In this document: positions 46,701 through 58,700 of the stretch, piece after piece
How the letters are laid out: each line of letters starts with the position of its first letter
Position numbering within the stretch: position 1 is the first letter of the stretch
NCBI GenBank assembly: GCA_030390025.1
Contig: JASTWF010000358.1
Coordinates: 62,001-126,000 of the forward strand
Source of the DNA: Squalus acanthias
Taxonomy: Eukaryota
Direction of reading: 5' to 3'
DNA length: 64,000 nucleotides
Position numbers and translations under genes: made by a program
The notes under the pieces: generated by a model
Databases searched by the model: none
What the model was told of the DNA's origin: nothing
Seen by the model: the letters and a program-made list of their open reading frames with translations, nothing else

Positions 46701-49700
46701 AGGCAGAGTCCCAGAAAGAGGCAGAGTCCCAGAAGAGGCAGAGTCCCAGAAAGAGGCAGAGTCCCAGAAAGAGGCAGAGTCCCAGAAAGAGGCAGAGTCC
46801 CAGAAAGAGGCAGAGTCCCAGAAAGAGGCAGAGTCCCAGAAAGAGGCAGAGTCCCAGAAAGAGGCAGAGTCCCAGAAAGAGGCAGAGTCCCAGAAAGAGG
46901 CAGAGTCCCAGAAAGAGGCAGAGTCCCAGAAAGAGGCAGAGTCCCAGAAAGAGGCAGAGTCCCAGAAAGAGGCAGAGTCCCAGAAAGAGGCAGAGTCCCA
47001 GAAAGAGGCAGAGTCCCAGAAAGAGGCAGAGTCCCAGAAAGAGGCAGAGTCCCAGAAAGAGGCAGAGTCCCAGAAAGAGGCAGAGTCCCAGAAAGAGGCA
47101 GAGTCCCAGAAAGAGGCAGAGTCCCAGAAAGAGGCAGAGTCCCAGAAAGAGGCAGAGTCCCAGAAAGAGGCAGAGTCCCAGAAAGAGGCAGAGTCCCAGA
47201 AAGAGGCAGAGTCCCAGAAAGAGGCAGAGTCCCAGAAAGAGGCAGAGTCCCAGAAAGAGGCAGAGTCCCAGAAAGAGGCAGAGTCCCAGAAAGAGGCAGT
47301 CCCAGAAANNNNNNNNNNNNNNNNNNNNNNNNNNNNNNNNNNNNNNNNNNNNNNNNNNNNNNNNNNNNNNNNNNNNNNNNNNNNNNNNNNNNNNNNNNNN
47401 NNNNNNNNNNNNNNNNNNNNNNNNNNNNNNNNNNNNNNNNNNNNNNNNNNNNNNNNNNNNNNNNNNNNNNNNNNNNNNNNNNNNNNNNNNNNNNNNNNNN
47501 NNNNNNNNGAGAGACAGAGTCCCAGAGACAGAGAGTCCGAGAAAGACAGAGTGCCAGACAGAGAGAGAATCCCAGAGAGACAGAGTCCCAGAAAGAGGCA
47601 GAGTCCCAGAAAGAGGCAGAGTCCCAGAAAGAGGCAGAGTCCCAGAAAGAGGCAGAGTCCCAGAAAGAGGCAGAGTCCCAGAAAGAGGCAGAGTCCCAGA
47701 AAGAGGCAGAGTCCCAGAAAGAGGCAGAGTCCCAGAAAGAGGCAGAGTCCCAGAGAGAGGCAGAGTCCCAGAAGAGGCAGAGTCCCAGAAAGAGGCAGAG
47801 TCCCAGAAAGAGGCAGAGTCCCAGAAAGAGGCAGAGTCCCAGAAAGAGGCAGAGTCCCAGAAAGAGGCAGAGTCCCAGAAAGAGGCAGAGTCCCAGAAAG
47901 AGGCAGAGTCCCAGAAAGAGGCAGAGTCCCAGAAAGAGGCAGAGTCCCAGAAAGAGGCAGAGTCCCAGAAAGAGGCAGAGTCCCAGAAGAGGCAGAGTCC
48001 CAGAAAGAGGCAGAGTCCCAGAAAGAGGCAGAGTCCCAGAAAGAGGCAGAGTCCCAGAAAGAGGCAGAGTCCCAGAAAGAGGCAGAGTCCCAGAAAGAGA
48101 AAGAGGCAGAGTCCCAGAAAGAGGCAGAGTCCCAGAAAGAGGCAGAGTCCCAGAAGAGGCAGAGTCCCAGAAAGAGGCAGAGTCCCAGAAAGAGGCAGAG
48201 TCCCAGAAAGAGGCAGAGTCCCAGAAAGAGGCAGAGTCCCAGAAAGAGGCAGAGTCCCAGAAAGAGGCAGAGTCCCAGAAAGAGGCAGAGTCCCAGAAAG
48301 AGGCAGAGTCCCAGAAAGAGGCAGAGTCCCAGAAAGAGGCAGAGTCCCAGAAAGAGGCAGAGTCCCAGAAAGAGGCAGAGTCCCAGAAAGAGGCAGAGTC
48401 CCAGAAAGAGGCAGAGTCCCAGAAAGAGGCAGAGTCCCAGAAGAGGCAGAGTCCCAGAAAGAGGCAGAGTCCCAGAAAGAGGCAGAGTCCCAGAAAGAGG
48501 CAGAGTCCCAGAAAGAGGCAGAGTCCCAGAAAGAGGCAGAGTCCCAGAAAGAGGCAGAGTCCCAGAAAGAGGCAGAGTCCCAGAAAGAGGCAGAGTCCCA
48601 GAAAGAGGCAGAGTCCCAGAGAGAGGCAGAGTCCCAGAGAGAGGCAGAGTCCCAGAAGAGGCAGAGTCCAGAAGAGGCAGAGTCCCAGATAGAGGCAGAG
48701 TCCCAGAGAGAGGCAGAGTCCCAGAGAGAGGCAGAGTCCCAGAGAGAGGCAGAGTCCCAGAGAGAGCAGAGTCCCAGAGAGAGGCAGAGTCCCAGAGAGA
48801 GGCAGAGTCCCAGAGAGAGGCAGAGTCCCAGAGAGAGGCAGAGTCCCAGAGAGGCAGAAACCCAAAAGAGGCAGAGTCCCAGAAAGAGGCAGAGTCCCAG
48901 AGAGAGGCAGAGTCCCAGAAGAGGCAGAGTCCAGAAGAGGCAGAGTCCCAGAGAGAGGCAGAGTCCCAGAGAGAGGCAGAGTCCCAGAGAGAGGCAGAGT
49001 CCCAGAAGAGGCAGAGTCCCAGAAAGAGGCAGAGTCCCAGAGAGAGGCAGAGTCCCAAGAGAGGCAGAGTCCCAGAGAGAGGCAGAGTCCCAGAGAGAGG
49101 CAGAGTCCCAGAGAGAGGCAGAGTCCCAGAAAGAGGCAGAGACCCAGAAAGAGGCAGAGTCCAGAGAGAGGCAGAGTCCCAGAAAGAGGCAGAGTCCCAG
49201 ATAGAGGCAGAGTCCCAGAAAGAGGCAGAGTCCCAGAAAGAGGCAGAGTCCCAGAAAGAGGCAGAGTCCCAGAAAGAGGCAGAGTCCCAGAAAGAGGCAG
49301 AGTCCCAGAAAGAGGCAGAGTCCCAGAAAGAGGCAGAGTCCCAGAGAAGAGGCAGAGTCCCAGAAAGAGGCAGAGTCCCAGAGAGAGGCAGAGTCCCAGA
49401 GAGAGGCAGAGTCCAGAAAGAGCAGAGTCCCAGAAAGAGGCAGAGTCCAGAGAAGAGGCAGAGTCCCAGAAGAGGCAGAGTCCCAGAAGAGGCAGAGTCC
49501 CAGAAGAGGCAGAGTCCCAGAGAAGAGGCAGAGTCCCCAGAAAGAGGCAGAGTCCCAGAAGAGGCAGAGTCCCAGATAGAGGCAGAGTCCCAGATAGAGG
49601 CAGAGTCCCAGAGAGAGGCAGAGTCCCAGAAAGAGGCAGAGTCCCAGAGAGAGGCAGAGTCCCAGAGAGAGGCAGAGTCCCAGAGAGAGGCAGAGTCCCA

Positions 49701-52700
49701 GAGAGAGGCAGAGTCCCAGAGAGAGGCAGAGTCCCAGAGAGAGGCAGAGTCCCAGAGAGAGGCAGAGTCCCAGAGAGAGGCAGAGTCCCAGAGAGAGGCA
49801 GAGTCCCAGAGAGAGGCAGAGTCCCAGAGAGAGGCAGAGTCCCAGAGAGAGGCAGAGTCCCAGAGAGAGGCAGAGTCCCAGAGAGAGGCAGAGTCCCAGA
49901 GAGAGGCAGAGTCCCAGAGAGAGGCAGAGTCCCAGAGAGAGGCAGAGTCCCAGAAGAGGCAGAGTCCCAGAAGAGGCAGAGTCCCAGAGAGAGGCAGAGT
50001 CCAGAAGAGGCAGAGTCCCAGAGAGAGGCAGAGTCCCAGAGAGAGGCAGAGTCCCAGAGAGAGGCAGAGTCCCAGAGAGAGGCAGAGTCCCAGAGAGAGG
50101 CAGAGTCCCAGAAGAGGCAGAGTCCCAGAGAGAGGCAGAGTCCCAGAGAGAGGCAGAGTCCCAGAAAGAGGCAGAGTCCCAGAAAGAGGCAGAGTCCCAG
50201 AAAGAGGCAGAGTCCCAGAAAGAGGCAGAGTCCCAGAAAGAGGCAGAGTCCCAGAAAGAGGCAGAGTCCCAGAAAGAGGCAGAGTCCCAGAAAGAGGCAG
50301 AGTCCCAGAAAGAGGCAGAGTCCCAGAAAGAGGCAGAGTCCCAGAAAGAGGCAGAGTCCCAGAAAGAGGCAGAGTCCCAGAAAGAGGCAGAGTCCCAGAA
50401 AGAGGCAGAGTCCCAGAAAGAGGCAGAGTCCCAGAAAGAGGCAGAGTCCCAGAAAGAGGCAGAGTCCCAGAAAGAGGCAGAGTCCCAGAAAGAGGCAGAG
50501 TCCCAGAAAGAGGCAGAGTCCCAGAAAGAGGCAGAGTCCCAGAAAGAGGCAGAGTCCCAGAAAGAGGCAGAGTCCCAGAAAGAGGCAGAGTCCCAGAAAG
50601 AGGCAGAGTCCCAGAAGAGGCAGAGTCCCAGAAAGAGGCAGAGTCCCAGAAAGAGGCAGAGTCCCAGAAGAGGCAGAGTCCCAGAAAGAGGCAGAGTCCC
50701 AGAAAGAGGCAGAGTCCCAGAGAGAGGCAGAGTCCCAGAAAGAGGCAGAGTCCCAGAGAGAGGCAGAGTCCCAGAGAGAGGCAGAGTCCCAGAAAGAGGC
50801 AGAGTCCCAGAAAGAGGCAGAGTCCCAGAAAGAGGCAGAGTCCCAGAAAGAGGCAGAGTCCCAGAAAGAGGCAGAGTCCCAGAAAGAGGCAGAGTCCCAG
50901 AAAGAGGCAGAGTCCCAGAAAGAGGCAGAGTCCCAGAGAGAGGCAGAGTCCCAGAGAGAGGCAGAGTCCCAGAGAGAGGCAGAGTCCCAGAAAGAGGCAG
51001 AGTCCCAGAGAGAGGCAGAGTCCCAGAGAGAGGCAGAGTCCCAGAAAGAGGCAGAGTCCCAGAAAGAGGCAGAGTCCCAGAGAGAGGCAGAGTCCCAGAG
51101 AGAGGCAGAGTCCCAGAGAGAGGCAGAGTCCCAGAGAGAGGCAGAGTCCCAGAGAGAGGCAGAGTCCCAGAAAGAGGCAGAGTCCCAGAGAGAGGCAGAG
51201 TCCCAGAGAGAGGCAGAGTCCCAGAGAGAGGCAGAGTCCCAGAAAGAGGCAGAGTCCCAGAGAGAGGCAGAGTCCCAGAGAGAGGCAGAGTCCCAGAAGA
51301 GGCAGAGTCCCAGAAAGAGGCAGAGTCCCAGAGAGAGGCAGAGTCCCAGAAAGAGGCAGAGTCCCAGAGAGAGGCAGAGTCCCAGAAGAGGCAGAGTCCC
51401 AGAAGAGGCAGAGTCCCAGAAGAGGCAGAGTCCCAGAGAGAGGCAGAGTCCCAGAGAGAGGCAGAGTCCCAGAGAGAGGCAGAGTCCCAGAAGAGGCAGA
51501 GTCCCAGAGAGAGGCAGAGTCCCAGAGAGAGGCAGAGTCCCAGAGAGAGGCAGAGTCCCAGAAAGAGGCAGAGTCCAGAAAGAGGCAGAGTCCCAGAGAG
51601 AGGCAGAGTCCAGAGAGAGGCAGAGTCCCAGAAAGAGGCAGAGTCCCAGAAAGAGGCAGAGTCCCAGAAAGAGGCAGAGTCCCAGAAGAGGCAGAGTCCC
51701 AGAAAGAGGCAGAGTCCCAGAAAGAGGCAGAGTCCCAGAAAGAGGCAGAGTCCCAGAAAGAGGCAGAGTCCCAGAAAGAGGCAGAGTCCCAGAAAGAGGC
51801 AGAGTCCCAGAAAGAGGCAGAGTCCCAGAAAGAGGCAGAGTCCCAGAGAGAGGCAGAGTCCCAGAAAGAGGCAGAGTCCCAGAAAGAGGCAGAGTCCCAG
51901 AAAGAGGCAGAGTCCCAGAAAGAGGCAGAGTCCCAGAAAGAGGCAGAGTCCCAGAAAGAGGCAGAGTCCCAGAAAGAGGCAGAGTCCCAGAAAGAGGCAG
52001 AGTCCCAGAAAGAGGCAGAGTCCCAGAAAGAGGCAGAGTCCCAGAGAGAGGCAGAGTCCCAGAGAGAGGCAGAGTCCCAGAAAGAGGCAGAGTCCCAGAG
52101 AGAGGCAGAGTCCCAGAAAGAGGCAGAGTCCCAGAAAGAGGCAGAGTCCCAGAAAGAGGCAGAGTCCCAGAAAGAGGCAGAGTCCCAGAAAGAGGCAGAG
52201 TCCCAGAAAGAGGCAGAGTCCCAGAAAGAGGCAGAGTCCCAGAAAGAGGCAGAGTCCCAGAAAGAGGCAGAGTCCCAGAAAGAGGCAGAGTCCCAGAAAG
52301 AGGCAGAGTCCCAGAAAGAGGCAGAGTCCCAGAAGAGGCAGAGTCCCAGAAAGAGGCAGAGTCCCAGAAAGAGGCAGAGTCCCAGAAAGAGGCAGAGTCC
52401 CAGAAAGAGGCAGAGTCCCAGAAAGAGGCAGAGTCCCAGAAAGAGGCAGAGTCCCAGAAAGAGGCAGAGTCCCAGAAAGAGGCAGAGTCCCAGAAAGAGG
52501 CAGAGTCCCAGAAAGAGGCAGAGTCCCAGAAGAGGCAGAGTCCAGAAGAGGCAGAGTCCCAGAAAGAGGCAGAGTCCCAGAAAGAGGCAGAGTCCCAGAA
52601 AGAGGCAGAGTCCCAGAAAGAGGCAGAGTCCCAGAAAGAGGCAGAGTCCCAGAAAGAGGCAGAGTCCCAGAAAGAGGCAGAGTCCCAGAAAGAGGCAGAG

Positions 52701-55700
52701 TCCCAGAAAGAGGCAGAGTCCCAGAAAGAGGCAGAGTCCCAGAAAGAGGCAGAGTCCAGAGAGAGGCAGAGTCCCAGAGAGAGGCAGAGTCCCAGAGAGA
52801 GGCAGAGTCCCAGAAAGAGGCAGAGTCCCAGAAAGAGGCAGAGTCCCAGAAAGAGGCAGAGTCCCAGAGAAGAGGCAGAGTCCCAGAAAGAGGCAGAGTC
52901 CCAGAAAGAGGCAGAGTCCCAGAAAGAGGCAGAGTCCCAGATAGAGGCAGAGTCCCAGAAAGAGGCAGAGTCCCAGAAAGAGGCAGAGTCCCAGAAGAGG
53001 CAGAGTCCCAGAGAGAGGCAGAGTCCCAGAAAGAGGCAGAGTCCAGAAAGAGGCAGAGTCCCAGAAAGAGGCAGAGTCCCAGAAAGAGGCAGAGTCCCAG
53101 AAAGAGGCAGAGTCCCAGAAAGAGGCAGAGTCCCAGAAGAGGCAGAGTCCAGAAAGAGGCAGAGTCCCAGAAAGAGGCAGAGTCCCAGAAAGAGGCAGAG
53201 TCCCAGAAAGAGGCAGAGTCCCAGAGAGAGGCAGAGACCCAGAGAGAGAGAGAGAGAGTCCCAGAGAGAGAAGCAGAGTCTCAGAGAGACAGAGACCCAG
53301 AGAGATAGAGTCCCAGATAGACAGAGTGCCAGACAGAGAGAGAGCCCAGAGAGACAGAGTCGCATAGAGAGGCATAGTCCCAGAAAGAGGCTGAGTCCCA
53401 GAGAGAGAGAGAGAGTCCAGAAAAGAAGCAGAGTCCCAACGATGCACCCAGAGAGAGGCAGAGTCCCATAGAGACATAGTCCCAGAGAGAGGCAGGGTCC
53501 GAGAGAGACAGAGTCCCAGAGAGAGGCAGAGACACAGAGTCAAGAGTCCCAGAGAGAAGCAGAGTTTCAGAGAGACAGAGTCCCAGAGAGAAGCCAGAGT
53601 CCCAACAATGCACCCAGAGAGAGGCAGAGTCCCATAGAGACATAGTCCCAGATAGAGGCAGAGTCCCAGAGAGACAGAGTCCAAGAGAGAGGCAGAGTCC
53701 CAGAAATACAGATTCCCAGAGAGAGGCAGAGTGTCAGAGAGAGGCAGAGTCCCAGAGAGAGGCAGAGTCCCAGAGAGAGGCAGAGTCCCAGAGAGAGGCA
53801 GAGTCCCAGAGAGAGGCAGAGTCCCAAGAGAGGCAGAGTCCCAGAGAGAGGCAGAGTCCCAGAGAGAGGCAGAGTCCCAGAGAGAGGCAGAGTCCCAGAG
53901 AGAGGCAGAGTCCCAGAGAGAGGCAGAGTCCCAGAGAGAGGCAGAGTCCCAGAGAGAGGCAGAGTCCCAGAGAGAGGCAGAGTCCCAGAACGAGGCAGAG
54001 TCCCAGAGAGAGGCAGAGTCCCAGAGAGAGGCAGAGTCCCAGAGAGAGGCAGAGTCCCAGAGAGAGGCAGAGTCCCAGAAGAGGCAGAGTCCCAGAAGAG
54101 GCAGAGTCCCAGAGAGAGGCAGAGTCCCAGAGAGAGGCAGAGTCCCAGAGAGAGGCAGAGTCCCAGAGAGAGGCAGAGTCCCAGAGAGAGGCAGAGTCCC
54201 AGAGAGAGGCAGAGTCCCAGAGAGAGGCAGAGTCCCAGAAGAGGCAGAGTCCCAGAAAGAGGCAGAGTCCCAGAGAGAGGCAGAGTCCCAGAGAGAGGCA
54301 GAGTCCCAGAGAGAGGCAGAGTCCCAGAGAGAGGCAGAGTCCCAGAGAGAGGCAGAGTCCCAGAGAGAGGCAGAGTCCCAAGAGAGCAGGCCAGAGAGAC
54401 AGAGTCCAGAGGCAGAGTCCCAGAGAGAGCAGAGTCCCAGAGAAGAGGCAGAGTCCCAGAGAGAGGCAGAGTCCCAGGAGGGAGAATCCCGAGAGGCAGA
54501 GTCCCAGAGAGAGGCAGAGTCCCAGAGAGGCAGAGTCCCAGAGAGAGGCAGAGTCCCAGAGAGAGGCAGAGTCCCAGAGAGAGGCAGAGTCCCAGAGAGA
54601 GGCAGAGTCCCAGAGAGAGGCAGAGTCCCAGAGAGAGGCAGAGTCCCAGAGAGAGGAGAGTCCCAGAGAGAGCAGAGTCCCAGAGAGATGCAGAGTCCCA
54701 GAGAGAGGCAGAGTCCAGAGAGAGGCAGAGTCCCAGAGAGAGGCAGAGTCCCAGAGAGAGGCAGAGTCCCAACGATGCACCCAGAGAGAGGCAGAGTCCC
54801 AGAGAGACAGAGTCCCAGAGAGAGGCAGGGTCCCGAGAGAGACAGAGTCCCAGAGAGAGGCAGAGTCACAGAGAGGCAGAGTCCCAGAGAGAGGCAGAGT
54901 CTCAGAGAGACAGAGTCCCAGAGAGAAGGCAGAGTCCCAGACAGAGGCAGTCCCAGAGAGAGGCAGAGTCCCATAGAGAGCATAGTCCCAGAGAGAGGCA
55001 GAGTCCCAGAGAGGCAGAGTCCCAGAGAGAGGCAGAGTCCCAGAAAGAGGCAGAGTCCCAGAGAGAGGCAGAGCCTCAGAGAGGCAGAGTCCCAGAGAGA
55101 GCAGAGTCCCAGAGATAGGTAGAGCCAGAGAGAGGCAGAGTCCCAGAGAGAGCAGAGTCCCAGAAGAGTGGCAGAGTCCCAGAGAGAGCAGAGTCCGCAG
55201 AGAGAGGCAGAGTCCCAGAGAGAGAAGAGTCCCAGAGAGAGGCATAGTCCCAGAGAGAGGCAGAGTCCCAGAGAGATGCAGAGTCCCAGAGAGAGGCAGA
55301 GTCCCAGAGAGAGGCAGAGTCCCAGAGAGAGGCAGAGTCCCAGAGAGAGGCAGAGTCCCAGAGAGAGGCAGAGTCCCAGAGAGAGGCAGAGTCCCAGAAA
55401 GAGGCAGAGTCCCAGAGAGAGGCAGAGTCCCAGAAAGAGGCAGAGTCCCAGAAAGAGGCAGAGTCCCAGAAAGAGGCAGAGTCCCAGAAAGAGGCAGAGT
55501 CCCAGAAGAGGCAGAGTCCCAGAAGAGGCAGAGTCCCAGAGAGAGGCAGAGTCCCAGAAAGAGGCAGAGTCCCAGAAGAGGCAGAGTCCCAGAAAGAGGC
55601 AGAGTCCCAGAAAGAGGCAGAGTCCCAGAAGAGGCAGAGTCCCAGAAGAGGCAGAGTCCCAGAAGAGGCAGAGTCCCAGAAAGAGGCAGAGTCCCAGAAG

Positions 55701-58700
55701 AGGCAGAGTCCCAGAAGAGGCAGAGTCCCAGAAGAGGCAGAGTCCCAGAGAGAGGCAGAGTCCCAGAAAGAGGCAGAGTCCCAGAAAGAGGCAGAGTCCC
55801 AGAAAGAGGCAGAGTCCCAGAAAGAGGCAGAGTCCCAGAAAGAGGCAGAGTCCCAGAAAGAGGCAGAGTCCCAGAAAGAGGCAGAGTCCCAGAAAGAGGC
55901 AGAGTCCCAGAAAGAGGCAGAGTCCCAGAAAGAGGCAGAGTCCCAGAAGAGGCAGAGTCCCAGAAGAGGCAGAGTCCCAGAAGAGGCAGAGTCCCAGAAA
56001 GAGGCAGAGTCCCAGAAAGAGGCAGAGTCCCAGAAAGAGGCAGAGTCCCAGAAAGAGGCAGAGTCCCAGAAAGAGGCAGAGTCCCAGAAAGAGGCAGAGT
56101 CCCAGAAAGAGGCAGAGTCCCAGAAAGAGGCAGAGTCCCAGAAAGAGGCAGAGTCCCAGAAAGAGGCAGAGTCCCAGAAGAGGCAGAGTCCCAGAAAGAG
56201 GCAGAGTCCCAGAAGAGGCAGAGTCCCAGAAAGAGGCAGAGTCCCAGAAGAGGCAGAGTCCCAGAAAGAGGCAGAGTCCCAGAAGAGGCAGAGTCCCAGA
56301 AAGAGGCAGAGTCCCAGAGAGAGGCAGAGTCCCAGAGAGAGGCAGAGTCCCAGAGAGAGGCAGAGTCCCAGAGAGAGGCAGAGTCCCAGAGAGAGGCAGA
56401 GTCCCAGAGAGAGGCAGAGTCCCAGAGAGAGGCAGAGTCCCAGAGAGAGGCAGAGTCCCAGAGAGGCAGAGTCCCAGAGAGAGGCAGAGTCCCAGAGAGA
56501 GGCAGAGTCCCAGAGAGAGGCAGAGTCCCAGAGAGAGGCAGAGTCCCAGAGAGAGGCAGAGTCCCAGAGAGAGGCAGAGTCCCAGAGAGAGGCAGAGTCC
56601 CAGAGAGAGGCAGAGTCCCAGAGAGAGGCAGAGTCCCAGAGAGAGGCAGAGTCCCAGAGAGAGGCAGAGTCCCAGAGAGAGGCAGAGTCCCAGAGAGAGG
56701 CAGAGTCCCAGAGAGAGGCAGAGTCCCAGAGAGAGGCAGAGTCCCAGAGAGAGGCAGAGTCCCAGAGAGAGGCAGAGTCCCAGAGAGAGGCAGAGTCCCA
56801 GAGAGAGGCAGAGTCCCAGAGAGAGGCAGAGTCCCAGAAGAGGCAGAGTCCAGAGAGAGCAGAGTCCCAGAAAGAGGCAGAGTCCCAGAAGAGGCAGAGT
56901 CCCAGAAAGAGGCAGAGTCCCAGAAGAGGCAGAGTCCCAGAAAGAGGCAGAGTCCCAGAAGAGGCAGAGTCCCAGAGAGAGGCAGAGTCCCAGAAAGAGG
57001 CAGAGTCCCAGAAAGAGGCAGAGTCCCAGAAAGAGGCAGAGTCCCAGAAAGAGGCAGAGTCCCAGAAGAGGCAGAGTCCCAGAAAGAGGCAGAGTCCCAG
57101 AAAGAGGCAGAGTCCCAGAAAGAGGCAGAGTCCCAGAAAGAGGCAGAGTCCCAGAAAGAGGCAGAGTCCAGAAAGAGGCAGAGTCCCAGAAAGAGGCAGA
57201 GTCCCAGAAAGAGGCAGAGTCCCAGAAAGAGGCAGAGTCCCAGAAAGAGGCAGAGTCCCAGAAAGAGGCAGAGTCCCAGAAGAGGCAGAGTCCCAGAAGA
57301 GGCAGAGTCCCAGAAAGAGGCAGAGTCCCAGAAAGAGGCAGAGTCCCAGAAAGAGGCAGAGTCCCAGAAGAGGCAGAGTCCCAGAGAGAGGCAGAGTCCC
57401 AGAGAGAGGCAGAGTCCAGAGAGAGGCAGAGTCCCAGAGAGAGGCAGAGTCCCAGAGAGAGGCAGAGTCCCAGAGAGAGGCAGAGTCCCAGAGAGAGGCA
57501 GAGTCCCAGAGAGAGGCAGAGTCCCAGAGAGAGGCAGAGTCCCAGAGAGAGGCAGAGTCCCAGAGAGAGGCAGAGTCCCAGAAGAGGCAGAGTCCCAGAG
57601 AGAGGCAGAGTCCCAGAAGAGGCAGAGTCCCAGAGAGAGGCAGAGTCCCAGAGAGAGGCAGAGTCCCAGAGAGAGGCAGAGTCCCAGAGAGAGGCAGAGT
57701 CCCAGAGAGAGGCAGAGTCCCAGAGAGAGGCAGAGTCCCAGAGAGAGGCAGAGTCCCAGAAGAGGCAGAGTCCCAGAGAGAGGCAGAGTCCCAGAGAGAG
57801 GCAGAGTCCCAGAGAGAGGCAGAGTCCCAGAGAGAGGCAGAGTCCCAGAGAGAGGCAGAGTCCCAGAAGAGGCAGAGTCCCAGAAGAGGCAGAGTCCCAG
57901 AGAGAGGCAGAGTCCCAGAGAGAGGCAGAGTCCCAGAGAGAGGCAGAGTCCCAGAGAGAGGCAGAGTCCCAGAGAGAGGCAGAGTCCCAGAAGAGGCAGA
58001 GTCCCAGAGAGAGGCAGAGTCCCAGAGAGAGGCAGAGTCCCAGAGAGAGGCAGAGTCCCAGAAGAGGCAGAGTCCCAGAGAGAGGCAGAGTCCCAGAAGA
58101 GGCAGAGTCCCAGAGAGAGGCAGAGTCCCAGAGAGGCAGAGTCCCAGAGAGAGGCAGAGTCCCAGAGAGAGGCAGAGTCCCAGAGAGAGGCAGAGTCCCA
58201 GAAAGAGGCAGAGTCCCAGAGAGAGGCAGAGTCCCAGAAGAGGCAGAGTCCCAGAGAGAGGCAGAGTCCCAGAAAGAGGCAGAGTCCCAGAAAGAGGCAG
58301 AGTCCCAGAGAGAGGCAGAGTCCCAGAGAGAGGCAGAGTCCCAGAAAGAGGCAGAGTCCCAGAGAGAGGCAGAGTCCCAGAGAGAGGCAGAGTCCCAGAA
58401 GAGGCAGGGTCCCAGAAAGACAGAATCCCAGAGAGAGATTGAGTCCCAGAGAGACAGAGACCCAGAGAGAGAGAGAGAGAGTTCCAGAGAGAGCAGAGTC
58501 TCAGAGAGACAGAGTCCCAGAGAGATAGAGTACCAGATAGACAGAGTGCCAGACAGAGAGAGAGTCCCAGAGAGACAGAGTCTCATAGAGAGGCATAGTC
58601 CCAGAAAGAGGCTGAGTCCCAGAGAGAGAGAGAGACCCAGAGAGACACATTCCCAGAGAGAGAGAGAGTCCCACAGAGAAGCAGAGTCCCAGAGAGATAG